64,000 bases of DNA, taken from assembly GCF_030684315.1 (NCBI RefSeq), contig NC_081382.1, forward strand, positions 34,110,620 through 34,174,619, given 5' to 3'. This DNA is from Stegostoma tigrinum (lineage: Eukaryota). Shown here piece by piece: positions 23,791 to 36,688 of this stretch. Under the pieces are notes generated by a model. The model was given only the letters and a program-made list of their open reading frames with translations, had not been told where the DNA came from and did no database searches. Within the stretch, counting starts at the first letter, position 1. Every line of letters begins with the position of its first letter. The position numbers and the translations under genes are program-made.

Positions 23791-23962
23791 CTATCCCACA
23801 GAATTCATGCAACTTGGCCTGGATTGAAAACATCAGTTGTATCTAATCTGCCAAAAGCTTCAGAACAGTTGGTGGAGTGGGCCATTGAAAATGAACGTGG
23901 TGCTACATCGTTGACAGAGATTCCATTGTTTGATGAGATCAAACTTAAATGTAATCTTCGTG
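23791..23962 (+). CDS. ENG: Endoglin-like gene exon (end of orphan region), phase 0>1
   Basis: tttctcAG|cta...cgtg|GTaag. LSHRIHATWPGLKTSVVSNLPKASEQLVEWAIENERGATSLTEIPLFDEIKLKCNLR resembles the LP.T...L..WA.E....TS.TE.P orphan-domain motif. Confidence 0.88.
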
Positions 23963-24387
23963 GTAAGAGGAACTTCTTAAAGCTTTCTTTTGTTACCAAA
24001 GAAGTTATGAATTTAATGATAAACAAAAAGGTGAACCAAAAATGTGTGGAATGGGAAAATTACAAAATAAAAGCACAGTAAATTTAGAAAAGGCATTTGA
24101 GCCAAGTAGTGAATGCAAAGGGGTTTTTTTGCGCAAGTGCTAAGGAAGTAAGGTTTTAATTATTTGAGAAACTCGAGAGGTTCACATTATTCTTGGAAAG
24201 GAGAAGGTGAGGAGAAAGTTTAATAAAAGAATTTGGGATAAGGTAAGATTATAAGAGGATAAATATGGAGGAATGGTTTCTAGGGAAATGATAAGCAGAG
24301 GGCACTGTTTTGAGCCATGATTTAATGCAAAAATTTAGATCGGAATGTATCTTGTCTTTTTTCAGTTGTAGACTGAAATGAAAGAAG

Positions 24388-24797
24388 GGTGTTTAAGAAG
24401 GGTTGCAAGGATAATCCGGGTAATTATCGACCAGTGATCCTGACGTCAGTGGTAGGGAAGCAGCTGGAGAAAATACTGAGGGATAGGATCGATTCCCATT
24501 TGGAAGAAAATGGGCTTATCAGTGATAGGCAACATGGTTTTGTGCAGGGAAGGTCATGTCTTACCAACTTAATAGAATTCTTTGAGGACTTGACAAAGTT
24601 GATTGATGAGGGAAAGGCTGTAGATGTCATATACATGGACTTCAGTAAGGCATTTGATGGCAGGCTGATGGAGAAAGTGAAGTCACATGGGGTCCAGGGT
24701 GTGCTAACTAGATGGATAAAAAGCTGGCTAGGCAACAGGAGACAGAGTAGTAGTGGAAGGGGTGTGTCAAATTGGAGACCTGTGACCAGTGGTGTCA
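24388..24797 (+). mobile_element. CR1/HER1 RT fragment
   Basis: FKKGCKDNPGNYRPVILTSVVGK...QHGFVQGRSCLTNLIEFFE...YMDFSKAFD. Confidence 0.92.
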
Positions 24798-26685
24798 CTT
24801 CCCTTTATTTTAAGGCTATGCCCCCTAGTCCTAGTTACAACTGCTACTGGAAACCTCCCTGCCTCCACCTTATCTATTCCCTTCATAATCTTATGTTTCT
24901 ATAAGATCTCCCCTATTTTTCTGAATTCCAATGAGTATAAGCCCAGCCTATGCAGTCTGTCCTCATAGTCCAACCCTCTCAACTCTGGAATCAACGGAGT
25001 GAATCTCCTCTGCACCCCTCCAGTGCTAGTATATCCCTTCTCAAGGAGACTAAAACTGCACACAGTACTCCAGGTGTGCCCTCACTAGGACCCTATACAG
25101 CTGCAGCATAGCGTCTCTGTTTTTAAACTCCATCCCTCGAGCTATGGCAGATAAAATTCCATTTGCCTTTTTAATTACCTGCGGCATCTGCAATCCTACT
25201 TTTAGTGATTCATGCACAAGGACACCCAAGTCCCTCTGCACAGCTGTGTGCTGTAATTTTTTTTACCATTTAAAACATAGTCCATTTTGCTGTTATTCCT
25301 ACCAAAATGGATGCCCTCACACTTATCAACATTTTACTCCATCTGCCAGACCTTGCCCACTCACTTAGACTATCTATATCCCTCTGTAGACTTTGTGTCT
25401 TCTGCACACTTTGCTCTACCACTCACCTTAGTGTGATCTGCAAATTTTGACACACTACACTTAGTCCCCAACTCCAAATCATATACGTAAATTGTAAACA
25501 ATTGCGATCCCAACACTGATCCCTGAGACACACCACTAACCACTGACTGCCAACCAGAAAAACACCCATTTACTCCTACTCTTTGTTTTTTACTAGTCAT
25601 CCAATCCTCTATCCATGCCAATACATTACCTGTAATACTGTGCAACCTTATCTCATGTAGCAGCCTTTGCTGTGGCACCTTGTCAAATGTCTTCTGGAAA
25701 TCCAGATACACCACATCCACAGGCTCCCCATTGTCCAGCATGCAAGTAATGTCCTCAAAGAATTTCACCAAATTAGTTAAACATGACCTACCCTTCATGA
25801 GCCCATGCTGGGTGTTCCCAATGGGAGCATTTATATCCAGATGTCTTGCTATTTCTTCCTTAATGATAGATTCAAGCATTTTCCCCATTACTGAAGTTAA
25901 GTTAACTGGCCTACAGTTACCTGGTTTTTGTCTACTTCCTTTTTTAAAACAGTGGCGTCACATTGGCTGTTTTCCAATCCGTGGGAACCATCCCAGCGTC
26001 CAGTGAATTTTGGTACATAATTATTAGTGCATTTGCTATTTCCCCCATCACCTCTTTTAGTACCCTGGGATGCATTTTGTCAGGGCCAGGAGACTTGTCT
26101 ATCTTTAGCCCCATTAGCTTGCCCAGCACTGCCTCCTTAGTGGTGGTGATAGTTTCTAGGTCCTCACCTGCTATAACCTTCTTGCCATCAGTTTTCGGCA
26201 TGTTATTTGTGTCTTTGTTGTGAAGACCAACACAAAATAACTGTTTAATGCCTTGGCTATTTTCTCATTCCCAGTTATTAAATTGGCCTCCTCATCCTCT
26301 AACGGACCAATGTTTATCTTTGCCGCACTTTTATGAAATACATAGTTATAGAAACTTTTGCTGCCTGTTTTTATATTTTGAGCTAGTTTACTCACCATCT
26401 TCTTATGCTCCATCTGTATTTTAAATTCGACCGTACTGTGATCGCTCCTTCCGAGATGATCGCTAACTGTAAGATCACTAATTATTCCTGTCTTATTACA
26501 CAGGACTAGATCTAGGATAGCTTGCTTTCTCGTAGGTTCCATTACATATTGTTCAAGAAAATTGTCTCTGATGCATTCCATGAACCCCTCCTCAAGGCTG
26601 CCATGACTGACCTGGTTTGTCCAATCGGTATGTAGATTAAAACCCCCCATGATAATTGCTGTACCATTTTTATATGCAGTAAACA
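24798..26685 (-). mobile_element. CR1 LINE ORF2 (EN end-RT), frameshifted
   Basis: ORFs 26171..26758 (ILDLVLCN..DHLGRSDH), 25944..26201 (KSPGPDKMHPRVLKE), 25370..25888 (YLDFQKTFDKVP, GVSQGSVLG, KFADHTK) and 25050..25241 (HLEYCVQF). Confidence 0.92.
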
Positions 26686-26739
26686 TTACCACTAATGTTT
26701 TTTTTATCCTTAATGTTGGATCTGGGAAATCAGATGCAA

Positions 26740-29085
26740 ATAACAAGTATGACATCATTATAAGTGACTTTAATGTACATTTTGAGCTGGATAAATCTAA
26801 AACGCTACAATTCTGTGGAGGACAGGATCCTTAATTGTGTGGGAGATTGGTGGTTTTTTTTAGAGCATTATGTTGAGGAATTAACAGAGGAGCAGGCGAT
26901 TTTACATAATTATGCAATAGGAAAGGGTTCATTAATTTTGTCGAAGACAGTTTAAGCCAGAATGACTGTAGTGTGTTGGAATTTTTCATAAAATTTGCAT
27001 TAATGCCGTTTAACCCAAAACTAGGATCTTGTATCAAAACAAAGGAAACTGTTAACATGCTAGAGGCAAGTTGGCAGTGGTAAATTGGGAAAATACCTCT
27101 AAATGTACAGTGGTAGACTAACAAAGGCTAATATTTAAAGATATTTGGCTGCAAACAAATATACAATCACTCCCTTAAAGCATAAAAACCCAACTGGAGA
27201 AATAAGGCAACTGTTGAGATTGATGATTAATTGTATTAACTCAAAGGAGAAGACTTATAAAATTGTCAAACAGTAGTAGCACACTGAGAGGTGAGAGCAT
27301 TTTAGAATTCAGCAAAGTAAGAACAAGAAGCTGGTAAAGAATAGAATGTGCATATGAATGAGAAGATTCATAAACATAGACTTTTTAAAAACTTCTGTAG
27401 TTTTGTAAAAAGAACGTATCAGCAAAGATGAATGTTGGTCTGTGGCAAGCAGAGACAGGAGAATTTAAAACTGAGAAGTGATAGAGAAACTAATTAATTG
27501 GAGGAAGATAGTAGAAATCTCCAGAAAAAGAGATCCGAGGAATTTGTGATAATGATGGACCAAAGGAAATTAGTTTAATTTTTCCAGTGTATTATTTGCT
27601 CGGAATAAAAGTTGACAGAACCCCTGTACCTATAATCCACATCCCAGAGCGTTGAAAGGAATGGCCATGGAGGTTATGGGAAGATTGATTATCGTTCAAA
27701 TGTAGTAGATTTTGGAATGGTTCTTACAGAGCCCCATTTGGGGCAGCACGTTGGCTCAGTGGTTAGCACTGCTGCCTTACAGCACCAGGGACCCGGGTTC
27801 AATTCCACCCTCGGGCGACCGTCTGTGTGGAGTTTGCAGATTCTCCCAGTGACTGCGTGGTTTCCTCCGCGTGCTCTGATTTCCTTTCACTGTCTAAAAA
27901 ATGTGCAGGCTAGATGGATTGGCCATGGAAAATTGCCCATAGTGTTGGGGCATGTGTAGATTAGTTGGTTTATAGGGGGGATGGGTCTGGGTGGGATGCT
28001 CTGACGGTCGGTGTGGACTTGTTGGGCCAAGGATCCTGTTTCCACAGTGTAGGGAGTCTATGATGATTATTGATATAGTGACTTGTGATAAGAATGTGTC
28101 CCGATGCTATTTTTGAGAACAATCGTAAAGCACGATACGGCTGCAAACCACACAAGGAGAGGTTAGGTCATTTGAGCAACCACTCGGTCAGGGAAATGGA
28201 TTTTAAACAAATTTGATTGAATATTTTTTGAAGTGGCATTCAGGTGTATAGATGTGGGTTGATGTAGTTTATATGGATTTTAGCAAAGCCTTTGACCAAA
28301 TTCCACAGAGGAAACTTAACAAGAAGGCAAATGCACGGGCGGTCCAGGGTAAGTTAATACAGTTGGATTCAAAATCAGCTCAATTGTAGGAGACAGGGTG
28401 ATTACTGATGGCCGCTTTAGTGACTGGAACCTATGTCTAATGGTGTACCACAGGATCTGTTCTTTTTCTCCCCCCCCCCCAATTATTTGTTATTTATACA
28501 AACAAACAATGAGAAGTTGGGAGGTCATGCCGTACAGAACATTAGAGACGCCACTTTTGGAATACTGTGTGCAGTTCTGGTCTCCCAGCTATAGGAAGGA
28601 TGTTGTGAAACTTGAAAGTGTTCAGCAAAGACGTATGAAAATGTTACCAGCGTTGGAGAGTTTGAGCTAGAGGGGGATGCTGAATAGTCTGGGGCTATTT
28701 CCCTTGGAGTGTTAGGCTGAGGGTTGAGCTTAAAGAGGTTTATAAAATCATGGGGACACACCTAAGGTAATTAGACAAAGTCTTTTCCCTTTGGTGGGGT
28801 AGTCCAAAACTAGAGGGCATAGGTTTAAAATGAGAGAGGAAAGATTTAAAAGGCACCTAAGGGGCAACATTTTCAATGCAGAGGATGGTGTATATATGGA
28901 ATGAACTGCCAGAAGAAGTGGTGGGGGCTGGTACAATTACAGCATTTTAAAGGCATCTGGATGGGTATATGAATAGGAAGGGTTTACAGGGATATGGACC
29001 AAATGCTGGCAAATGGGACTAGATTAATTTAGGATATCTGGTTGACATGGATGAATTGGACTGAAGGGTCTGTTTCTATGACTGT
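26740..29085 (+). mobile_element. Decayed CR1 ORF2 pieces interrupted by an HE1 SINE
   Basis: Degenerate EN/RT remnants (gacttt aatg; tatatggattttagcaaagcctttgacc; LLEYCVQFWSPSYRKDVVKLE). CR1 tail ends ~29085. Confidence 0.7.
27740..28062 (+). mobile_element. HE1-type V-SINE
   Basis: gggcagcacgttggctcagtggttagcactgctgcc...cccgggttcaattcca...tgtggagtttgca...ccacagtgtagggagtctatga. Confidence 0.88.
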
Positions 29086-29119
29086 ATGAGGAGTTGTGTT
29101 AGTAAGTTTATAGTTTGTT

Positions 29120-29680
29120 TGCAACAAACAACTATACCTCCCAGTCGTGAACCATTTCAATTCCTCCCACCCGACTCCTCAGACAACATGTCCACACTGG
29201 ACCTCCTGCATTGCCACAATGACATCACCCGAAAGATGCAGGAACAGCATCTCATATATTTCGCTTGGGAACTCTGCAGCCCAAGGATATCAATGTGGAC
29301 TTCACAAGCTTCAAAATCTCCCTTCCCCGACCAAATGCCAAAATCAGCCCAGCTAGTCCCTGCCTCCTTAACCATTCCTCCCACCTCAAGCCCCACCCCC
29401 ATCCCCTACCCACTAAGCTCATCCCACCCCCCCCCCCCCCGACCTGTCCGTCCTCCCTGGACTGACCTATCCCCCCCCCAATTCCCCACCTACATTCACC
29501 TTCACTGGATCTAACACCACCTCTTTGATCCGTCTGTCTCCTCTCACCCTATCTCCTCCATTATCCATCTTCTATCCGCCTCCCCCTGTCTCCCTATTTA
29601 TTGCAGAATCCCCTTCCCCCTCCTCCATTCCTGAAGAAGGGTTCCGACCCAAAATGTCAAGTTTTCCTGCGCCTCTGATT
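29120..29680 (+). mobile_element. Decayed PLE 3' part
   Basis: DNMSTLDLLHCHNDITRKMQEQHLI and GTLQPKDINVDFTSFKIS. Degenerate hammerhead motif at ~29630. Confidence 0.8.
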
Positions 29681-29745
29681 AGAAGAATTAGAAGTGCAGG
29701 CGTATTGGAGGACTTTTTGGTTTTAAAAAGACGTGCATTTATGTA

Positions 29746-29960
29746 AAAACCGAAAGAACTGTGGATGCTGTAAATGCATGAACAAAAACAAAGTTGCTGG
29801 AAAAGCTCAGCAAGTCTGGCAGCATCTGTGAAGGAAAAAAACAGAGTTAACGTTTCGGGTCCGGTGACCCTTCCTCAGATCCAAAACATTAACTCTGTTT
29901 TTTTCTTTCACAGATGCTGCCAGACCTGCTGAGCTTTTCCAGCAACTTTGTTTTTGTTCA
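29746..29960. mobile_element. Miniature hairpin insertion, second PLE family
   Basis: aacaaaaacaaagttgctggaaaagctcagcaagtctggcagcatctgtgaag is inverted as ttcacagatgctgccagacctgctgagcttttccagcaactttgtttttgtt. The minus strand carries CUGAGGA-A-GGGUC-ACCG-GACCC-GAAA-CGUU (29846-29878). Confidence 0.78.
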
Positions 29961-30552
29961 TGCAATTATATAGAAATTTCCAAAACTTACTGTATGAGTT
30001 AAAGTACTTCACGTTTTGAGAGTAAAATGAGTACTTCTAATTCTCAACGATGGCTTCTGCCACGATGGTAACTGTGCTAAACTTCACTTGGTATCACTCA
30101 GAAACTCCACTGGCAGGGCACTTCCCACCCAGAGCAGTACAATGGGCTGGGAAATAACATGATTTGATGTCCTTTGTTTTCTCTAAGTCACTTTTCGGCC
30201 TTCTCTTTTGTTTCTTCTGTACTGTTCTGATGCCTTTTCAGTCCGCCTCCAGAAGTTATGACCATAAATTACACTTTCCCAGTTGTCAGTGTTATTGTCT
30301 GTTATCTTCATATCTCACTTGCAAGTATCCTTGGAGTGGAGGAATAGACCCCAAAGAGGTTGTAACCCATTGACTAGATCTTTTGAAGATCTTTGTCACC
30401 TGTTTAATTAATGTGAGCAGATTTTTGCAGATGCCAGTGGCTTAGCAATGAGTCTAAGTTGATAGAATTAACATGCTGAAAGATTTCTGGTTGGTGAGCT
30501 TTCTCTTGAAAGTGATGCTGAATATACATCCAAGACAGCAAAGGTAGAAACT

Positions 30553-31695
30553 AGAGGTAGTGGAACGGTGGTGGTGGGGGAATCACCAGATGAAATGAGG
30601 TTGTAACCATAGTAGACACAGTTGGCTGATGTTACATAGTAGGTTCGTGGTCCAGGGGAAGTGGGAGGAGGTATCACAGAGCTGGCACTCAGTCTCTGCA
30701 ATGTAGAGATCAGTCCACCAGACAACAACAGCATCACCCTTATCAGCAGGCATAATTACAAAGTCAGGTTTGGATCTGAGAGCATGGATTGCAGTCAATT
30801 CCCAGGAGGATAGGTTGGAATGGGTTGGGGCTGGGGATAGAGAAATTGAGGCAACCTATGTCCCATCAGCAGTTTTCAATGAACAGGTTGAGTGCAAGTA
30901 AAAGGCCAGAGGGAAGTGTCCAAGTCGAAGGAGAGTGTTGGAAGCGGACGAAGGTGTCTGTGGAATGGTGAGAGAAATCTTGCCCAGAGAAATGTGCAAG
31001 GAGGTAAAGGCGATGGAAGAAGAGCTCAACATCACGTGCCCAAAATTCATTAACGTGGGGACAGAGGGATAAAACTGAGACCTTTGCTGAGTACAAAACA
31101 TTCAGCATCAAATTGCGGAAGGTCAGGAGTGTTGGTGAATACACGGCAGAAGGTGGAGTTCAGAGAGTGGATGAAATCAGAGGGGAGGGGAGGTAGGTTC
31201 TGGAGGACCTTGGGTATCGCTAAGTTATTGCATCTTGTGTGCCTTGATGCTTGGAAGGAAGAGAAAAATATTCTTGTTAGTATGTTGATTGGAACTGGGC
31301 AGTGGCACAGGCCTGAGTCAGCATGATATGATGCAGTTGGAGAGAGAGGTTGTTGCATATGACGACGTGTGGTACTGAGTGTGGATCTCAGGAAGTGGCG
31401 AGAGCAGCTGTCTGTGGAACATTGAACATCACAAAGATACTTATGATCCTGGGTGGATTCAAAGCTCAAAGGATGAAACTTGAGTTAGAATCCAAGTGGG
31501 ATAAATTTGAGCCAGAGGCAGTCACTAAGGAATGTGATGTGGCTGTGGAAATGAGTTTTAGAAAAAACCTGGTCAAATACCAGGAGTGACAGTGAAATTG
31601 AAGGTGATGGGTAAGAAAAAAGAAAAATGTGCCCCCCCCCAAGATGGAACATCACGCAATTGTGTCAACTATGGTCACCAACCTCATTTCATCTG
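30553..31695 (-). mobile_element. Older PLE 5' ORF region (N-terminus to RT start) with short terminal inversion
   Basis: VFTNTPDLPQFDAECFVLSKGLSFIP and HALRSKPDFVIMPADKGDAVVVW (PLE VLSKGL and ADKG motifs). 31648-31695 is an inverted copy of 30587-30633. Confidence 0.75.
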
Positions 31696-32019
31696 AACTT
31701 TCTCTGAAGGTAGAAACTGCTTTGTCTTTTTCTTCCCTGTGTGATGAAAGTTTATAATATTATTACTTGAAAAGTGCGAAGTTTAAATTGAGGTAAATGA
31801 TTCTTTGCATTTATGTCTGTAGACATCTTTGTTTTGGGAAAAGATCAGAGTGTCACTTTAAATATTTTAATATGTTTTATGCTCATTAATTATTACTTCC
31901 TCTCATTTTTTTTTATTGTACCAGTTTGTTTCCAGGTGGCAGTGGGTGGAAGTTGTGGCAAAGGAAATTATTTCAAAAACAATATAGTTGACTAAGAAAT
32001 ATTTATCTCTTCTATACAG

Positions 32020-32129
32020 CAAATGATGTCCATACGTCTGTGCTGCAATCAGAGTCTCTAGACAACTATGTTAAATCTGTTCACTGTGGAGAATCAGAGA
32101 TGGAAATCATTGTCCGCAAAGATGGGAAG
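32020..32129 (+). CDS. ENG: Endoglin-like gene exon (linker + start of ZP-N), phase 1>0
   Basis: ctatacAG|ca...gggaag|GTaact. ANDVHTSVLQSESLDNYVKSVHCGESEMEIIVRKDGK has the C....M.+.+.K start of a ZP domain. Confidence 0.85.
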
Positions 32130-32483
32130 GTAACTGTCAAGTATACCGTCTTCCAATAAGTAGGTATTAGATTGGACTCAATAAGTACAAAGGCAGTGGG
32201 ATTTTGTTTTGGAGGTTGCAGCTGGGCACTTGTTTGGCACATGTAGTTTGCCAGCTTTGGGAAGACAGAGGGCAGATTATTGGCTGGCTTCAAAACTGGC
32301 TTGGGTCTAAAGCAAGTCATGGTAATTCAGCTCCTTTTGGACCATAAAATTTCAAGAAATACCGTAGGATTTTTCTTTAGCTATCAGAGTCCCTTTTAAG
32401 GGTCACTGTTCATCTGCGCGTTGCCTGATACAAATGTGTGGGCTTACTAATTCCCACATATTGTCAACTTGTTCCTGCATAGC

Positions 32484-32668
32484 GAGTTTTGAGATGATTT
32501 GTAGCTCAGGTTGAGGCTCTGGATGTAAGTTTGCTCGCTGAGCTGGAAGGTTTGTTTTCAGACATTTTCGTCACCATTCTAGGTAACATCATCAGTGAGC
32601 CTCCGACGAAGCGCTGGTGTTATGTCCCGCTCTCTATTTATCTGTTTAGGTTTCCTTGGGTTGGTGAT
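32484..32668 (-). mobile_element. 3' end of a third PLE-like family with hammerhead motif
   Basis: Minus strand ctgatga-t-gttacc-tagaat-ggtgac-gaaa-atgtc (32595-32561). Flanked by near-repeats gttcctgcata / gtccctgcata. Confidence 0.6.
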
Positions 32669-34183
32669 GTCCCTGCATATTGCAGTAAAATTAAAATTAA
32701 TTTTTATGTTGTTTAGGACCCTGAATTGAATAAATAAGCAGGCTGCTCAACCATTTACAGATTTCTCAGAAAATTGCATCATTTGTTACAGAAGACATTT
32801 AATTTTGTCCCCACTCTAAATAGTTGCAGTTTTAATTAACATTTTTATTAATTATTCAAATGTAATATTTCAAAAAACTAAATTTATCTAGCTTTCAGCT
32901 CAACTATATTTTCCTCAAAAACTGAATACTGCACATCTGAAGCAACAACAGAAAATTTTGCCAGTTGTTGGCATCCACTGGAGAATGAAACAGTGGAATA
33001 TAATGTCCTTCATCAAGGAGAATTTGATAGGAGGAGGGCTTTTAGTTAGGTAGGAGGTTGGCAGGTGAGCACCTTGCTGCCATCCCATCACCCAGCAAAA
33101 TTAACTTCGGGTAGGGATGCACTTGGATGGCCGTCCTCTGATCCTTCCCAACTTGTTATCAATTGAGGCCCATAAGTCAGTAATTAACAGAACATTGGGA
33201 TGACCTGTTTGTTGTCACATGGGAAGCCAAAGTAGAAAATTGTGGCAAATTGCTTTCAGCCTCTTGGACCGCTTCACCTCTTTGGTACCGATGAGCATTG
33301 AGAGACTCTACCTGTTGGAGGATGGGACTTCTTTCCTAGAGTTTCTTGATTCCTGGGGAAGACTTACCACTGTTCAGTTATTTGCCATGTTGCGGGACTC
33401 TCGCCAATTCTGCTGACACATAAAATTAAAACTGCCATAGAGTTAGCATTTCAAGTTGACCTTTCATTAGATCTGGAGAAAGGTAGAAATGTAACGAGTT
33501 TTAAGTAGATACAAAGGCAAGAGAGAAAATAAGGAAAGAACAAAAATGGCAACAAAAAAAAGTGAAAGAAAATGTCAGTGGGAAATGCATACAAAATATC
33601 AAAATAATTGCCATCAACCACAGTCCAAAGCAACAGATGCTCTGGTTCTGAGCTGAAATTGTTGATCTGGGAACTGAACTTATTGATCTTGGTCAAAGAG
33701 TCTGAAGCCCCTAATTGAAATATGAGATAATATTCCTCAAGCCTGCATTGAGCTTTTATCATGACAATAGAGTGTGTACGGTGAAAGTGGAGTGCCATTA
33801 AAATGGCAAATGGAAACTCAGAATATGTTTACTGACAGGAGATGTTAGCTAAGTAGCGTTTCAAATGCTGAGGGGGGAGAAGGAAAGATGTATTTGGTGG
33901 TATGATATTGGAAATGGTAGAAATTGCAGAGGATAATTTTGTTGAATCCAGTAGTTCATACGTGGATGGTGAGTTTGTGGGCAGGATCCTGTTCAGAGTG
34001 ACTAGAAAGGTGCAGGAAATGGAACAGACACAGCTGAGTACAGTGAGAGGGAATCCTCAAGGAAAAGTGTTTCTCATTGCTACCATGTAGTTGCAGTAGT
34101 TTTTATCGATCCTGGGTTTGTGTATTAAAATTTGAGTGTTTTTTATTTTCCATTTACTTCTACTCTTTTTTTCCTTTCTACAG

Positions 34184-34315
34184 AAGCCAATTCAGGAAAT
34201 AACATTACTGGATGATAATTGCAAAGGAAACAGTAATGAAACACATTTCTACCTGAAGTACATCCCTTACACAGAATGTAACACTACTGAAAGCGGAGGC
34301 AACTACATAAACAAG
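34184..34315 (+). CDS. ENG: Endoglin-like gene exon (ZP-N), phase 0>0
   Basis: ttcctttctacAG|aag...aacaag|GTacaa. KPIQEITLLDDNCKGNSNETHFYLKYIPYTECNTTESGGNYINK matches the ZP-N TL.D..C.....TH.....Y..C pattern. Confidence 0.9.
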
Positions 34316-34357
34316 GTACAATTTATCTCTTGAGAGATAGAGAATTGCAAAATAGAT

Positions 34358-34702
34358 GGGCAGCATTGTGGCTCAGCAATTAATGCTGCTGCCTCCGCCA
34401 GGGACCTGGATTCGATTCCAGCCTTGGGCAATTGTCTGTGTGGAGTTTGCACATTCTGTCCACATGTTTGTGTGGGTTTCCTTCTGGTGCTCTTGTTTTC
34501 TCCCACAGTCCAAAGGTGTGCAGGTTAGGTGGATTGGCTGTGTAAAATTGCCCTTAGTGTCCAGGAATGCGTCGGTAGGTGGGTTAACTTTAGGAAATGT
34601 GGGGTTACATGCAAAGGGTAGGTTCTGGGTCGGATGGCCCTTCACCGGGTTGGTGTGGACCTGATGGGCTGAGTGGCCTGTTACTGCACTGTATGGATTC
34701 TG
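34358..34702 (+). mobile_element. HE1-type V-SINE
   Basis: Head gggcagcattgtggctcagc, V-domain gtgtggagtttgcacattct...tcccacagtccaaag. Confidence 0.85.
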
Positions 34703-34817
34703 TCTTTAAAAATGTAGAGAGAATATATGTCAAATTTATCCAGGCCTACGGCTTGTTTTTCACTTAAACCAATCAACTTAGAAAATCAACTCTAACCAAA
34801 CATTCCTTTCTGTACAG

Positions 34818-34859
34818 CTAAAGGTGAAGTTGTACAATGGAACTGAAATCGTACATGAT
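34818..34859 (+). CDS. ENG: Endoglin-like gene 42-bp exon, phase 0>0
   Basis: cctttctgtacAG|cta...catgat|GTaagt. LKVKLYNGTEIVHD. Strong splice sites, at the position of the small exon of mammalian ENG. Confidence 0.8.
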
Positions 34860-36512
34860 GTAAGTAATCTTTCCAATGTATGTACCCGATACAAACAAGT
34901 TTTGTTGAACATAACCAGTCTGGAAATTTGAAACGTAACTAAAAATCCTTTGCAAAGTACAAGCATAATACATGATTCATAATCCATGGTAGATCCTGAA
35001 GTGGAATAAAATGCTAGTTTCATTAATAATGATTGTGAAACTACTGAATTGTCATAAAAACCCATCTGGCTCACTAATGTATTTCAGGAAGCGTCTTTAT
35101 CGTCTGGCTTACGTGTTACGCAAAACCCAAAGCAGCATGGTTAACTCTTAACTGGTCTCTGGAATGCCCTTAGAAAATACTTAGTCATATCAAAACAAGT
35201 ACACTAAATTGCATTGTGGATGCACCTACAGTCTACCACACAGACATGATTGGTTCAAGAAAATGGCTCACAGGAGCAGTTGGGATATATGTGCAGTCAA
35301 AGTTATCCTTGACAATGAGGTTTATATCCCGTATTTAAATTATAATTTAAAAAATAATTGAAGTCTGCTGCTATTACCATCAATGGCACAATAACGACTA
35401 ACAGAACCATGATCTGCCCACTTTTTAACATTTATCTGCCATGCATTTTAGAAGAAAAAAGTATGATTTTGCTTCAGTGAACTCATGATTCTGCATTGTG
35501 TGCTAGTTGCTTGACCAGAGATTATATTTAGGTCAACAAATCAGTTAAACAATGAGAACGGTCATTACTGGAATGCTTCTTGGATGTGAGGAATATCAGA
35601 TCAGCCATGATCCTGTTGAATGGTGGAGCAGACTCAAGGGGCTGAACAGCCTACTCCTGTTCCTATTCCTTATAGTCGTACTCCTTTTGTAAGGTTCTAC
35701 AATTATTGCAAACATCCATTCAACGTGTCTAGGATGCTAATGATGAGAGCTGACAAGGAAGACTGTTCCTTCTGAAGTCACTATTTGAAGAATTGCTCCA
35801 TTCCTAGCTGAAAAGGTTCCCCTATCTGGAGCAGGCCTCACTTCCTGAAAATATATGGTCGGTGTTACTTATTTATAGTTTTCTAGCAATAATGGATGTG
35901 TGAATTAATCCTGAAAGCACTAATGGAAACTCAGAATGCATTATAAAATACGGCATTTTACAATTAAATGTGACCTGCAAGGCAAGAGATTTCCTTAATA
36001 AGTAACTATTATCTGACAAGTTTCTATGCAAAGTAGCTTTCTGGTTTTTGATTTTCTTAGGTTGGATTTTTAGCCTGTGCTGGAGTGAAGGATAGAGATA
36101 GGCAGGTACTGAAAATGGCACCTCCAGCAAATGTTAGTTCGCAAAGCTGCATATATGGTATGGCAAGACTGTCTGTGCACAACTGGCTCGTAACTGCTTA
36201 ATTAACAACTACTTAAGACGCATGAAAAGAGGTTGACAGGTGTGGAAACAGCAGATCAAGGCACCAGTGCTGTGGAGGTTTAGCCTCAGGCCACCTTGTA
36301 AAATCAGTTTCCTGATCACTATTGCCATTTGGCTGTAAAGGACATTGTTATTCTACATTTATAAAAGTCTTGAGAGAACGTGACTCCTTTTTGAAGCACC
36401 CTTTCCTCAATTACATACTATGGCTTTCTCCTACTGTTTTCAAGCTAGATTAATCTGATTGGCCATCCGGCTGCTGTCCTGAATTGAACAGCACCTGTTA
36501 ACTGCTAATTGG

Positions 36513-36688
36513 TGGGTCTGGCAGCATCTATGAAGGGAAAAAAACAGTTGACGTTTCGGGTTCGATGACCCTTCGTCACAAAGTTAACTCTGTTTCCTCC
36601 TTCACAGATGCTGCCAGACCTGCTGAGCTTTTCCAACAACTTTGTTTTTGTTCCTGATTTACAGCATCCGCAGTTCTTTTGGTTTTTA
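36513..36688. mobile_element. Miniature hairpin insertion (second PLE family)
   Basis: ggtctggcagcatct ... agatgctgccagacc inverted pair. TSD-like aactgctaattgg (36500-36512) / aactgttaattgg (36689-36701). Confidence 0.72.
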
